Part shown: positions 50,754 through 61,516 of the stretch, piece after piece | Numbering within the stretch: position 1 is the first letter of the stretch | Layout: the number at the start of each line of letters is the position of its first letter | Assembly: GCF_052049815.1 (NCBI RefSeq) | Contig: NZ_JBNGZG010000002.1 | Location: 798 to 64,797, forward strand | Direction: 5' to 3' | DNA: 64,000 bases | DNA from: Candidatus Pelagibacter sp. | GTDB taxonomy: Bacteria > Pseudomonadota > Alphaproteobacteria > Pelagibacterales > Pelagibacteraceae | Position numbers and translations under genes: made by a program | Notes under the pieces: generated by a model | What the model was told of the DNA's origin: nothing | What the model saw: only the letters and a program-made list of their open reading frames with translations | Databases searched by the model: none

Positions 50754-52127
50754 ATGACTTTGAATAAGAAAATAAAAGATAAAAAAGTCAATTTTGAGTT
50801 TAACAAAGAATATATAAAAGTTGTTACTGACAAAATTGTTAATAATGATGCTTTATTTATTACAAATTCATTCAAAGAAATGCACCCTGCAGATGCTGCA
50901 GATATAATTGAACATTTAAGTCTTAATGATAGAGAAAGCTTAATTAAACTCAACAATTTCAAGATTGATCCTGATGTATTTATTGAACTAAATGAGTCTG
51001 TCCAATCTGAAATAATTAAATATTTATCTTCAGACTCAATTGTAAGTATCTTAAAAAATCTTGATTCTGATGATGCAATCATGGTTTTAGAGAATGTTGA
51101 TGAAAAAGATAAAAACACAATTTTATCTGCTCTACCTCCTAAAGATCGTTTTGCGTTGCTAGAAGGCTTAAGTTATCCAGAAGATAGTGCTGCAAGAATA
51201 ATGCAAAGAGAATTTACTGCAATACCAAGTAATTGGTCTGTAGGACAAACTATTGACTATTTAAGAGAAAATAAAGATTTACCAGAAGAATTTTTAGAAA
51301 TATTTATTGTAGACGAAAATTTTAAACCAATTGGAACAGTTCCATCTTCAAAAGTATTGAGAACACCTAGAGATACTAAAATGTCATCTATAATGATTGA
51401 TTCTCCTTTTTTAGTTCCAGTTGATATGGATAGAGAAGAGGTGGGTAATTTATTTGAAAACTACAGTTTAAATTCCGCATGCGTAGTTGATAAGACAGAT
51501 AAACTTGTTGGAATGATAACTTCAGATGACGTGCTTACAGTTTTAAAAGAAGAAGCTGAGGAAGATGCATTAAGATTAGCTGGTGTTGGTGATGAAGAAA
51601 TAACAGATGGAGTAATAACTAAAACTAAACGAAGATTTAATTGGCTGTTGTTAAATTTATTTACTGCTTTTTTAGCTACTTGGTGCATAAGTCTTTTTGG
51701 AGCAACAATTGAACAAATGGTAGTTTTAGCTTTTTTAATGCCCATAGTTGCTTCTATGGGTGGAAATGCTGGAATGCAAACGCTAGCTGTCACTGTCAGA
51801 TCGTTAGCAACAAATGATCTTACAAAAAATAATTTTACTCAAAATATTCTTAAAGAATTTAATATTGGTGTGTTAAATGGAATAATTTTTGCAATAATCA
51901 GTTCATTAATTGTTCAATTGTGGTTTCAGGACAATCAATTATCTCTTATAATTTCTATATCTATGGTTTTAACAATGATAATAGCTGGTTTATTCGGAAT
52001 TTTAATTCCAGTTACTCTTAAAAGAATGAATATTGATCCAGCTATCGCTTCAAGTGTATTTGTTACAACAATTACAGATGTAATTGGATTTGTTTCCTTT
52101 TTGGGTGTTGGAGCTTATTTTTTGTGA
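50754..52127 (+). CDS. mgtE: Magnesium transporter MgtE
   Basis: HPADAAD N-domain, CBS pair, MGGNAGMQT, DPAIASSVFVTTITD. Confidence 0.96.
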   Translation: MTLNKKIKDKKVNFEFNKEYIKVVTDKIVNNDALFITNSFKEMHPADAADIIEHLSLNDRESLIKLNNFKIDPDVFIELNESVQSEIIKYLSSDSIVSILKNLDSDDAIMVLENVDEKDKNTILSALPPKDRFALLEGLSYPEDSAARIMQREFTAIPSNWSVGQTIDYLRENKDLPEEFLEIFIVDENFKPIGTVPSSKVLRTPRDTKMSSIMIDSPFLVPVDMDREEVGNLFENYSLNSACVVDKTDKLVGMITSDDVLTVLKEEAEEDALRLAGVGDEEITDGVITKTKRRFNWLLLNLFTAFLATWCISLFGATIEQMVVLAFLMPIVASMGGNAGMQTLAVTVRSLATNDLTKNNFTQNILKEFNIGVLNGIIFAIISSLIVQLWFQDNQLSLIISISMVLTMIIAGLFGILIPVTLKRMNIDPAIASSVFVTTITDVIGFVSFLGVGAYFL

Positions 52128-52131
52128 TTTA

Positions 52132-52944
52132 TTAGAAATTATCAATCAATCGAATTTTACCAAGATGATACGCAATAAATAATTTAGAATTATATATTTT
52201 GTTTGTTAAGTTTAAATTTGTTTTATTTCTTAGTTCTAAATATTGAATTTTAATTTTAAATTCTTTTTCTAATTTTTTTTTTTAAATATCTAATATTTTT
52301 TTAATCTCAGGAAATTTTTTAATATCTTTTTTAAGTTGCTTTACAATTTTAGTAATCATTTCTGCTTTTTTAATTTGAGTATTTTTTAAGAGCTTATTTC
52401 TGCTTGATAACGCAAAACCTTTTGTGTTTCTAATTGTTTTACATAAAATAATATTTGTTTTAAATTTTTTTTTTAAAAATTTTTTTACCAAATGATATTG
52501 TTGATAATCTTTTTCTCCCATAAATATTTTTTTTGGTCTGATTAAGTCGGTTAATCTGTTCATAACATTTAGTACACCTTCAAAATGACCTTTTCTATAT
52601 CTTGCACATAAAATTTTATCTTTTATATTAATTTTTTTTAAAAGATTAATTGATTTAGGAAAAATTTCCTTGACACTTGGGACATAGAGCAAATCAACTT
52701 TTAGTTTTTTTAATATATTGATGTCTTTTTTAATATTTCTTGGATAGTTTTTAAAATCCTTCTTATCATTAAATTGTTTTGGATTTACAAAAATACTTAC
52801 TATAGTTATATTTGATCTTTTCTTGCACTCTCTAATCAACGATTCATGACCTTTGTGTAGACTACCCATGGTAGGAACAAAACCTATGTTTTTATATCTT
52901 AAAAGATTGTTTTTAAGTTGAGTATTATTTAATAAAACTTTCAT
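52132..52944 (-). pseudogene. panC: Pantoate--beta-alanine ligase interrupted by an in-frame TAA at 52284-52282
   Basis: FVPTMGSLHKGH, FGEKD-like FMGEKDYQQ, ALSSRN. After the TAA the same frame continues (KKKLEKEF...LFIAYHLGKIRLIDNF) to TAA 52134-52132. Confidence 0.8.
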
Positions 52945-52978
52945 TTTTAATAGAATATTTTATAAGTAAAACATTTAA

Positions 52979-53794
52979 ATGATTAAACAAGCAATTATTC
53001 CATTAGCTGGTTTGGGTACTAGACTTCTTCCTTTAACAAGTGTCTTTGCTAAAGAACTTTTACCAATAAATGGCAGACCGGCTGTCGAGTATATTTTAGA
53101 TGAATGCATTGAGGCAGGTATTAAAGAAATAATTTTAATTATATCAGATAAAAAAAAAATGATTAAAGATTATTTTTTTCAAGATAGTTTTTATAAAAAA
53201 ATCTTAAAGAAAAAGAAAGATCCAAGAATCAAAAGAGAATATCAAAAAATTTTAAGATATAAAAAAATGATTAAATTTGTATATCAAAATAAACCTCTTG
53301 GGACAGGTGATGCTGTCATGAAAACAAAAAAATATATTAAAAGTAATTATTTTTTGATGTTATTACCTGATGATTTAATTATTCAAGATAATTGTTCAAA
53401 ATCAATGATTGATATTCATAGAAAATACAAATCTTCAGTGATGGCAAGTATGCGTGTTAACAAAAAAACAGTATCAAGATGGGGAATTTTTAGTTTATCA
53501 AAAAAAATATCAAATAATAATTATTTTATTAATGATGTTATAGAAAAACCAAAAATAAATGATGCTCCTTCAAACAAAGCAGTTATAGGTAGATACATAC
53601 TTCCTAAAAAAATTTTCAGTGAGATAAAAAAATTAAAACCAGGAAAAGGTGGTGAGATACATATTACAGATGCAATACAAAATTTAATTAATAAAAAAAA
53701 TTTATTTATTGCGCACAATTTCAAAGGCAAATATCTTGATTGTGGTACAATGCATGGATATATAAATTCAACATTAGAAATCTCGAAATTATGA
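52979..53794 (+). CDS. galU: UTP--glucose-1-phosphate uridylyltransferase
   Basis: IPLAGLGTRLLP, KELLP, GTGDAV, LPDD, EKP, GRYIL, DCG. Confidence 0.88.
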   Translation: MIKQAIIPLAGLGTRLLPLTSVFAKELLPINGRPAVEYILDECIEAGIKEIILIISDKKKMIKDYFFQDSFYKKILKKKKDPRIKREYQKILRYKKMIKFVYQNKPLGTGDAVMKTKKYIKSNYFLMLLPDDLIIQDNCSKSMIDIHRKYKSSVMASMRVNKKTVSRWGIFSLSKKISNNNYFINDVIEKPKINDAPSNKAVIGRYILPKKIFSEIKKLKPGKGGEIHITDAIQNLINKKNLFIAHNFKGKYLDCGTMHGYINSTLEISKL

Positions 53795-55089
53795 AAATTT
53801 GTGTAATTGGAACAGGATATGTAGGTTTAGTTAGCGGTACTTGTTTTTCAGAAATTGGAAATAATGTTGCCTGTGTAGACATAGATAAAAAAAAAATTGA
53901 TAAATTAAATAATGGTTTTGTGCCAATATTTGAACCAGGTCTAGAAGAACTCATAAAACGTAACGTTAAGCATAAAAGATTAAACTTTTCCTCAAAAATT
54001 GAAGATAATATTAAAAGCTCTGATATAGTTTTTATTTGTGTTGGAACACCTACAAATAAAAAATCAAATCAAGCAGATTTAAAACAAGTATTTAAGGTAG
54101 CTAAATTAATAAAGAATAATTTAAACAAATATAAAATTATTGTAAACAAATCTACAGTTCCAGTTACAACAGGGGACAAAATAGAAAAAATTCTTAATAC
54201 CAAAAAAAATAAAAATAAATTTGATGTTATTTCAAATCCGGAATTCTTAAGAGAAGGCGAAGCAATAAGGGACTTTATGTATCCTGATAGAGTTGTAATA
54301 GGTTCTAATAGTAAAAAAGCTAATTCAGTTATGAAAAATCTTTATTTACCAATTTTAAAAAAAAGAAGTAGATATTTCAATTGCTCTAGAAGAGCAGCTG
54401 AACTTATCAAATATGCTTCAAATGCATTTTTAGCAACAAAAATTACTTTTATAAATGAAATGGCAAATTTATGTGAAAAATCTAATATAGATGTTAAAGA
54501 TATTTCTATTGGAATGGGTTTAGACGAAAGAATTGGTGATAGGTTTTTAAGAGCAGGTCCAGCTTATGGTGGATCATGTTTTCCTAAAGACACTAGAGCT
54601 CTCGTTACAACCGCCAAAAGTTTTAATACAGATCTTTCAATTGTAAAAACTGTTATAAATTCAAATCAAAATAGAAATAATCTATTAAACAAAAGAATTT
54701 TGAAATTATTAAACAATAAAATAAATAATAAAATTATTACTTTTTTAGGAGTTACGTTTAAAGCAGGTACTGATGATATGAGAGAGTCACCTTGTTTAGA
54801 TATGATACCTTTTTTATTAAAAAAAGGTTCTACAATAAAATATTATGATCCATCAGGTGAAAAAACTAATTTTTTTATTAATAAAAATGTAAAGTTTTCA
54901 CCAAATATTAAAGATGCATGTAATGGAGCTGATTTAATAATTATTCACACAGAATGGAATGAATTTAAACAAATCAACTTTAGAAAATTAAATAAAAATA
55001 AAAATTTGAAAGTATTTGATCTTAGAAATTTGTATTCACCAAGTTTAATGAAAAAAATAAATATTAGATACTATGGTATCGGTCGTTAG
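53791..55089 (+). CDS. ugd: UDP-glucose 6-dehydrogenase
   Basis: MKICVIGTGYVG (start placed at 53791, ATGA overlap with galU), KSTVP, NPEFLREG, GGSCFPKD. Confidence 0.93.
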   Translation: MKICVIGTGYVGLVSGTCFSEIGNNVACVDIDKKKIDKLNNGFVPIFEPGLEELIKRNVKHKRLNFSSKIEDNIKSSDIVFICVGTPTNKKSNQADLKQVFKVAKLIKNNLNKYKIIVNKSTVPVTTGDKIEKILNTKKNKNKFDVISNPEFLREGEAIRDFMYPDRVVIGSNSKKANSVMKNLYLPILKKRSRYFNCSRRAAELIKYASNAFLATKITFINEMANLCEKSNIDVKDISIGMGLDERIGDRFLRAGPAYGGSCFPKDTRALVTTAKSFNTDLSIVKTVINSNQNRNNLLNKRILKLLNNKINNKIITFLGVTFKAGTDDMRESPCLDMIPFLLKKGSTIKYYDPSGEKTNFFINKNVKFSPNIKDACNGADLIIIHTEWNEFKQINFRKLNKNKNLKVFDLRNLYSPSLMKKINIRYYGIGR

Positions 55090-55547
55090 TTTAGTTCAAA
55101 TATAGCATCTACTTCTACAGCTACACCTAAAGGCAAACTATTTGTGCTAACTGCAGCTCTAGTATGCATACTTGATTCACCAAAAACTTTAGCAATTAAA
55201 TCAGAAGCACCGTTAATAACCTTAGGTTGATCAGTAAAATCGTCCGTTGAATTAACAAATCCTGTGAGCTTTACACAAGATTTGATTTTAGATAAGTCAT
55301 CATTGCATGCTTTTTTGGCTTGTGCGATTATACTTAAAGCACATCTCTCTGCAGCTTTATAACCATCGTCTACTTTTAAATCAGATCCTAATTTGCCTTT
55401 AATTAACTCACCATTTTCTGACATTGATATTTGTCCTGATATATAAAGTAATTTGTTTACTATTTTTGCAGCTATGTAAGAACCAACTGGATCTGCTGCA
55501 TTAGGTAATTTTAAATCTAATTTCTTTATGTTTTCTTCATAACTCAT
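55086..55547 (-). CDS. RidA family protein
   Basis: ISGQ, VKLTGFVNS, VINGASDL, HTRAAV, LPLGVAVE. Confidence 0.9.
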   Translation of the reverse strand: MSYEENIKKLDLKLPNAADPVGSYIAAKIVNKLLYISGQISMSENGELIKGKLGSDLKVDDGYKAAERCALSIIAQAKKACNDDLSKIKSCVKLTGFVNSTDDFTDQPKVINGASDLIAKVFGESSMHTRAAVSTNSLPLGVAVEVDAIFELN

Positions 55548-58120
55548 TTTGATTTCCTTTTTTTTGATTTTTTATTTTTATCGTATTCTTTTCTTTTCTC
55601 AATTAATATTAATGCCTCTTCCATTGTTAGTTCAGCAGGATCTTTTTCCTCGGGAATAGTTGCATTTAATGATTTATATTTTATGTAAGGTCCATATTGA
55701 CCTTTCATTATTCTTACAGGTTTTTTATCTTCTGGATGTTCTCCTAAATCTTTGATTATAGATGAAGACATTCTTCCAGGTTTAGCTTCAGCAATTAATG
55801 TTATTGCTCTATTTAATCCAATTGAAAAAATCTCGTCAATATTTTCAATTCTTGCAGATTTATTATCGCATTTTAAATAAGGACCATAACGACCAGTATT
55901 TAACAAAATATCCTTTTGATTATCTGGATTTACTCCTAAATTTTTTGGCAATGAACATAAAAACTTTGCTTTATCTAAATCTACATCTTTTAAATCAATA
56001 CCCTTAGGTATTGAAACATTTTTTAAATTTTCGTTTTCATCTTTCTTTTTTTTTGTCTTTCTTTTTTTTGAAGTTTTTTCTTCTATATCTTTAGGATTTA
56101 TTTCATACTGCAAGTAGGGACCAAATCTTCCATTTTTAAGATAAATATCATTTCCATTATCATGTTTTCCAATAAACTTAGGTTCTGCGAGTTGTGCTTG
56201 TGCTGCTGCTTTTGCTTTTGATAATGGTCTCGTATATTTACAATCAGGATAATTTGAACAACCAATAAAAGCACCACCTCTAAAGCTATTTTTTAAACTA
56301 AGAGTTCCTTCGTTGCATAATTTGCAATTTCTATCTATTTTTCCATCACTATTTTTTTCAAAAATTAATTCACCCAAACTATCGTTGAGAAGGTCTAAAA
56401 CTTCTCTAGTTCTTTTTTCTTTAACTTTAGACACATTATTATTAAAATCTTTCCAAAACATTTCCAAAACTTTAATCCAACTTTCTTTACCTGAAGTTAT
56501 TTCATCTAATTGATCTTCTAATCCTGCAGTAAAATTATAATCAACATATTTTGAAAACAATTTTTCTAAAAAAGCCGAGATCAATTTCCCTCTATCTGTT
56601 GGAAAAAATCTTTTATTAGTTATTTCCGCATATCCTCTATTTGCAATAGTCGAAATTATACTAGCATAAGTTGATGGTCTACCTATGCCTAGCTCTTCTA
56701 ATTTTTTAACCAAACTAGCCTCTGAATATCTAGGTGGTGGTTGTGTATAATGTTGTTCATCGATTAATGCTTCAATATTAATTGGTCCCTTTGACATTTG
56801 AGGCAAAATATCTTCATCATCATCTTTAGATTGAGATGAATATACTTTTAAAAAACCGTCAAATTTGAGTACTGATCCACTAGATTTACAGATAGTTCTA
56901 CCATCATCAGAATTTATTGTTATTGTATTTCTATCAAATTTTGCAGACTCCATTTGAGATGATAAAGCTCTGCTCCAAATTAAATCATATAATTTTATTT
57001 GGTCAGTACTTAAATACTTTTTAACTGAAGAAGGTGTTCTGTTAATTTCAGTTGGTCTTATAGCCTCATGTGCTTCTTGAGCATTTTTTGCTTTCTTACC
57101 TGAGTAGTTTAATGGGTTTTCTGGCAAATATTCTTTACCTAAATCACTTTTTATATAATCTCTAAATGATTTAACTGCATCCACAGATAAATTTGTTCCG
57201 TCTGTTCTCATATAGGTGATTAAACCTACTGTCTCACCCTCAATTTCAATTCCTTGGTATAATTTTTGAGCAATTTGCATTGTTCTTGATGCACCAAAAC
57301 CAAGTCTACTAGAGGCTGTCTGTTGCAATGTTGATGTTGTAAAAGGTCCAGAAGGATTTCTACTTACTATCTTGCTTGAAATGTCAGTTATTAAAAATTT
57401 TTTATTTTTGATATTTTCTATGGCTTTATTAATTTCATTTTTATTTCTAAAAGTAAATTTTTCAATTTTTTTTCCATCTAATTGCGAAATACTAGATGTT
57501 ATTGAATTGTTATTATTATCGTTAAATTTAATACTCAGTGTCCAAAATTCTTCAGGATTGAATGACTCAATTTCGTGTTCTCTTTCAGTTATAAGTTTCA
57601 GTGCAACGGATTGTACACGTCCAGCAGATTTAGAGCCTGGTAATTTTGTCCATAGAATAGGTGATATGTTGAAACCAACTAAATAATCCAAAGCCCTTCT
57701 AGCCATATATGCATCAACAAGTAATGGCTCTATTTGTCTTGGATTCTCAATTCCATGAATTACAGCTTTTCTTGTAATTTCATTGAATACAACTCTTTCG
57801 ATTTCTTTATCTTTTAATAATCTCTTATCATTTAAATATTCTTTTACATGCCAAGCTATAGCTTCTCCTTCACGATCAGGGTCAGTCGCAAGAATTATTT
57901 TTGACGATTCTTTTGCAACATCTGTAATTTCCTTTAAGTATTTTTTTGAAAAGCTATCAACTTCCCATTCCATCCTAAAATTTTGCTCGGGGTCTACAGA
58001 TCCATTTTTTGAAGGAAGATCTCTTATATGACCATAACTAGCTAAAACTGTATAATTATCACCTAAATATTTATTAATGGTTTTAGCTTTTGCTGGACTT
58101 TCTACAATAACCAGATTCAT
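55544..58120 (-). CDS. topA: DNA topoisomerase I
   Basis: VIVESPAKAKTI, ATDPDREGEAI, SAGRVQS, ITYMRTD, QEAHEAIRP, C4 zinc finger. Confidence 0.98.
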   Translation of the reverse strand: MNLVIVESPAKAKTINKYLGDNYTVLASYGHIRDLPSKNGSVDPEQNFRMEWEVDSFSKKYLKEITDVAKESSKIILATDPDREGEAIAWHVKEYLNDKRLLKDKEIERVVFNEITRKAVIHGIENPRQIEPLLVDAYMARRALDYLVGFNISPILWTKLPGSKSAGRVQSVALKLITEREHEIESFNPEEFWTLSIKFNDNNNNSITSSISQLDGKKIEKFTFRNKNEINKAIENIKNKKFLITDISSKIVSRNPSGPFTTSTLQQTASSRLGFGASRTMQIAQKLYQGIEIEGETVGLITYMRTDGTNLSVDAVKSFRDYIKSDLGKEYLPENPLNYSGKKAKNAQEAHEAIRPTEINRTPSSVKKYLSTDQIKLYDLIWSRALSSQMESAKFDRNTITINSDDGRTICKSSGSVLKFDGFLKVYSSQSKDDDEDILPQMSKGPINIEALIDEQHYTQPPPRYSEASLVKKLEELGIGRPSTYASIISTIANRGYAEITNKRFFPTDRGKLISAFLEKLFSKYVDYNFTAGLEDQLDEITSGKESWIKVLEMFWKDFNNNVSKVKEKRTREVLDLLNDSLGELIFEKNSDGKIDRNCKLCNEGTLSLKNSFRGGAFIGCSNYPDCKYTRPLSKAKAAAQAQLAEPKFIGKHDNGNDIYLKNGRFGPYLQYEINPKDIEEKTSKKRKTKKKKDENENLKNVSIPKGIDLKDVDLDKAKFLCSLPKNLGVNPDNQKDILLNTGRYGPYLKCDNKSARIENIDEIFSIGLNRAITLIAEAKPGRMSSSIIKDLGEHPEDKKPVRIMKGQYGPYIKYKSLNATIPEEKDPAELTMEEALILIEKRKEYDKNKKSKKRKSK

Positions 58121-58157
58121 AATCTAACAAACTACATAAAAGGTTTTTTTAGTCAAT

Positions 58158-58736
58158 TTAATAAATTTTTGTCTCTTTTTCTTCTTTGTTTTTAAGGCGT
58201 TTTATATTTTCTCTATGAGTGAAAAAAATTAATACAAACATAATTACAAAAAAAGATACTTCAGAAAAATTCTTACTAATTACTAAAAATATAGGTACAG
58301 ATAAAGTAGCTAAAATAGATGACAATGAAGAATATTTAGATAAGAAATAAATAAACAACCATATTGTTATAAATATTATTCCATAAGATATATTTATTAC
58401 AAATAAGATACCTAAATAAGTTGCTACACCTTTTCCACCTTTAAACTTAAGCCATAAAGGAAAAACATGACCTAAAAAAGCACACAATGATGAAAGAAAA
58501 ATTAATTCAGGATAATTTATTTTTACAAATAAAACTGGAATTACAGCTTTTCCGACATCAAATACCAAAGTTAGGTATCCAATCAATTTATTACCAGATC
58601 TTAGAGCGTTGGTGGCGCCAATATTTCCAGAACCAACATCTCTAATATCTTTTTTTAAAAAAAATTTAGTTAATAAATACCCAAAAGGTATTGATCCTAA
58701 AAGATAAGATGAGATTCCAATTATAAGATAATCCAT
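58158..58736 (-). CDS. plsY: Glycerol-3-phosphate acyltransferase PlsY
   Basis: YLLGSIPFG, GSGNIGATN, GHVFP, FKGGKGVAT, HRENIKRL. Confidence 0.96.
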   Translation of the reverse strand: MDYLIIGISSYLLGSIPFGYLLTKFFLKKDIRDVGSGNIGATNALRSGNKLIGYLTLVFDVGKAVIPVLFVKINYPELIFLSSLCAFLGHVFPLWLKFKGGKGVATYLGILFVINISYGIIFITIWLFIYFLSKYSSLSSILATLSVPIFLVISKNFSEVSFFVIMFVLIFFTHRENIKRLKNKEEKETKIY

Positions 58737-58739
58737 TTC

Positions 58740-60026
58740 TTATAACTTAAATAATTCCACTCCATTTACAAATGTATTAGTGACTTTACCTTGAAGTTTT
58801 TTACCTTCAATTGCAGTATTTTTTGATTTAGATATTAAATTTTCTTTTTTTACAATCCACGGTTTATCAATATCAACTATACAAAAATCTGCGTCATTCC
58901 CGATTGATAAATTTCCTTTATTAATTTTCAAAATTTTAGCTGGATTTGATGTTAATGTTTTTACAATTGTTTCTAATTTTACAGACCCATTATGATAAAG
59001 TTCTAAACAAAGGGATAATAAAGTTTCAATACCTGATGCACCCGTCGCCGCTTGACTGAATGTAAGTCTTTTTGACTCTTCGTCTTCTGGTTTATGATCT
59101 GAAACTATAACATCAATTATTTCATCTTTAATTGCTTGAACTAGAGATAATCTATCTTCTTCAGTTCTAAGAGGAGGTGATAATTTTAAAAAAGTTCTAA
59201 AATCTCCAATATCATTTTCGTTTAATGATAAATTGTTAATTGATACACCTGAAGTAAATTTAACTTTATCTTTCCTTTCTCTAATTGTTTGAATTGATCT
59301 TGAGGATGATAATTGTGAGATATGATATCTACATTTAATTGTCTCTAACAGTGTAAGATCTCTTTCAATAATGATTTTTTCAGCTACTGCAGGTATTCCT
59401 GATAATCCTAATTTAGTAGCTATTATACCTGAATTCATCATTCCATTTTTTGATAACTCATAATCTTCTGCATGTTGCATAATCAAACTATCAAGATCAA
59501 AAGCAGAATTCATAATTCTTGTCATCAATCTTGTATTCTGAATGGTTTTTAATCCATCTGTAAATGCGATAATTCCCTTACTTTGTAATAAACCAAATTC
59601 AGTCATATTTTTTCCTTCAAGATTTTCAGTTAAGGATGCACATGGAAAAATATTAATTTTGGATTTGTCTCTTCCTCTTCTTTTTAAAAAATCAACAATT
59701 GAAACATCATCTATTACAGGGTTAGTATTTGGCATGGTTACCACCGATGTTACACCACCTGCTAATGCAGCTTCACTTAGAGTTCTGAAATTCTCTTTAT
59801 ATTCATAACCAGGTTCTCCAACAAAAACTCGCATGTCAACTAAGCCAGGAAGAATGTGCTTACCTTTTAAATCAATAGGTTTTTCTCTTGAAGGTAAATT
59901 ATTTGTATTTACTTTTTTTCCAATTGCTTCAATTTTACCTTCTTCATTTATAATCAAACCTCCATTCTCATTAATTGAATTTTTAGGGTCAATTATATTT
60001 GCATTTATGAAATATTTTTTCTTCAT
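58740..60026 (-). CDS. pyrC: Dihydroorotase-like protein (PyrC/PyrC'); N-terminal metal-binding His pair absent
   Basis: Amidohydrolase fold (AALAGGVTSVVTMPNT, KLSPPLR, SDHKP) next to pyrB; has DMRVF where DxHxH is expected. Confidence 0.85.
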   Translation of the reverse strand: MKKKYFINANIIDPKNSINENGGLIINEEGKIEAIGKKVNTNNLPSREKPIDLKGKHILPGLVDMRVFVGEPGYEYKENFRTLSEAALAGGVTSVVTMPNTNPVIDDVSIVDFLKRRGRDKSKINIFPCASLTENLEGKNMTEFGLLQSKGIIAFTDGLKTIQNTRLMTRIMNSAFDLDSLIMQHAEDYELSKNGMMNSGIIATKLGLSGIPAVAEKIIIERDLTLLETIKCRYHISQLSSSRSIQTIRERKDKVKFTSGVSINNLSLNENDIGDFRTFLKLSPPLRTEEDRLSLVQAIKDEIIDVIVSDHKPEDEESKRLTFSQAATGASGIETLLSLCLELYHNGSVKLETIVKTLTSNPAKILKINKGNLSIGNDADFCIVDIDKPWIVKKENLISKSKNTAIEGKKLQGKVTNTFVNGVELFKL

Positions 60027-60968
60027 TTATTCACAAAATAATTTTAAGCATGCCATCCTTACAGCCACTCCTAATTCTACTTGTTCTTTGATAACGCTTT
60101 TATTAATGTCATCTGCTAACTTAGTGTCGATCTCAATTCCTCTGTTCATAGGACCAGGATGCATAATTAGAGCATCATCTTTTGCATAATCCAATTTATC
60201 TGGAGTTAAACCATAATATTCATAGTATTCTCTATTAGAAGCTAGAAACGAACTAGTCATCCTTTCATTTTGTAATCTTAGCATCATCACTATATCACAA
60301 TCTTTCACACCTTTTTTCATATCTGTGAAAGTGTTAACACCAAATTTATCTATTGCTTTTGGCATTAAATTTGTTGGAGCAATTATATTTACCTCAGCTC
60401 CCAACATGTTTAATAAATAAATATTTGATCTTGCTACTCTAGAATGAAGTATGTCTCCACAAATAGCTATTTTTAAACCTTCTATTTTTTTCTTCCTATC
60501 AATTATTGTTAAAGCATCTAGTAAAGCCTGAGTAGGATGCTCTCTTCTACCATCACCAGCGTTTAATACAGCACAATTCACTTTTTGAGAAAGAAGATTG
60601 CAAGCACCAGAGTCTTGATGTCTTATAACAATTAAATCAGGATGCATTGCATTTAATGTCATAGCAGTATCTATTAGTGTTTCACCTTTTTTAATTGCAG
60701 AGTTTCCAATGTTCATTGACATAACATCAGCGCCTAATCTTTTGCCTGCAAGTTCAAATGAACTTTGTGTTCTCGTAGATGGTTCAAAAAATAAGTTAAT
60801 TTGAGTTTTTCCTCTTAGGATATCAATTTTTTTATTTTTACTTCTATTTAATTTTATAAAAGCTTGAGCTTCATCTAAAATAAGCAATACATCGTTAATA
60901 GATAAATCTTGGATTCCTAACAAATGTTTTTGGGAAATTTTAATAGCTTTGTTTAATTTAATTGCCAT
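60027..60968 (-). CDS. pyrB: Aspartate carbamoyltransferase catalytic subunit
   Basis: [40 protein letters not shown]. Start placed at ATG 60968. Confidence 0.97.
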   Translation of the reverse strand: MAIKLNKAIKISQKHLLGIQDLSINDVLLILDEAQAFIKLNRSKNKKIDILRGKTQINLFFEPSTRTQSSFELAGKRLGADVMSMNIGNSAIKKGETLIDTAMTLNAMHPDLIVIRHQDSGACNLLSQKVNCAVLNAGDGRREHPTQALLDALTIIDRKKKIEGLKIAICGDILHSRVARSNIYLLNMLGAEVNIIAPTNLMPKAIDKFGVNTFTDMKKGVKDCDIVMMLRLQNERMTSSFLASNREYYEYYGLTPDKLDYAKDDALIMHPGPMNRGIEIDTKLADDINKSVIKEQVELGVAVRMACLKLFCE

Positions 60969-61010
60969 TAAAACCAACTCTATAACTACTAATAATTAAT
61001 AAAGCAAGTC

Positions 61011-61466
61011 TTAATTATTTAAATAATCAATTGCTCCCTGTAAAATAAAAGCAGCTGCATTTTGATCTATATTTTTCTCTCTTTTAGAGACATTAATATC
61101 TAATTGACTAGATAGATTAAAAGCACCTACTGTAGATAATCTTTCATCCCATAAACAGACAGGGATTTTTATTAATTCACTGATATTTGCAGATACATCT
61201 TTGACAGATTGAGCAGATCTACCTAATGACCCATCCATATTTATAGGATTTCCTACTATGATACCCTCAATATTATTTTCTAAAATTATATCTTTTAAAT
61301 CCTTAATAAGATTTTCTTTTGTCGTTTTTTGTATTGTTTTAAATGGAGTTGCAATAGACCAATTTTCATCACAAATTGCGACCCCAATTCTTTTAGACCC
61401 TAAATCTAATCCAATTAATCTACATTTTTTCGGGTTATTTTTTTTAAACTCATCTAGTGTGATCAT
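61011..61466 (-). CDS. ruvX: Holliday junction resolvase-like RuvX/YqgF
   Basis: GLDLGSKRIGVA, VGNP, WDERLST, DQNAAAFILQ. Start placed at ATG 61466. Confidence 0.92.
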   Translation of the reverse strand: MITLDEFKKNNPKKCRLIGLDLGSKRIGVAICDENWSIATPFKTIQKTTKENLIKDLKDIILENNIEGIIVGNPINMDGSLGRSAQSVKDVSANISELIKIPVCLWDERLSTVGAFNLSSQLDINVSKREKNIDQNAAAFILQGAIDYLNN

Positions 61467-61516
61467 GTTGTAAATTTTAATGTTAGATGATAGTTTGCGA
61501 CGTATTTTATTTTCAT

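Noticed and set aside
6789-52284. Stop-codon reassignment as an explanation for the two internal stops
   Set aside because: The stops differ (TAG and TAA), and both codons end many intact genes here (for example mnmA and suyA end in TAG; tuf and rplK end in TAA).
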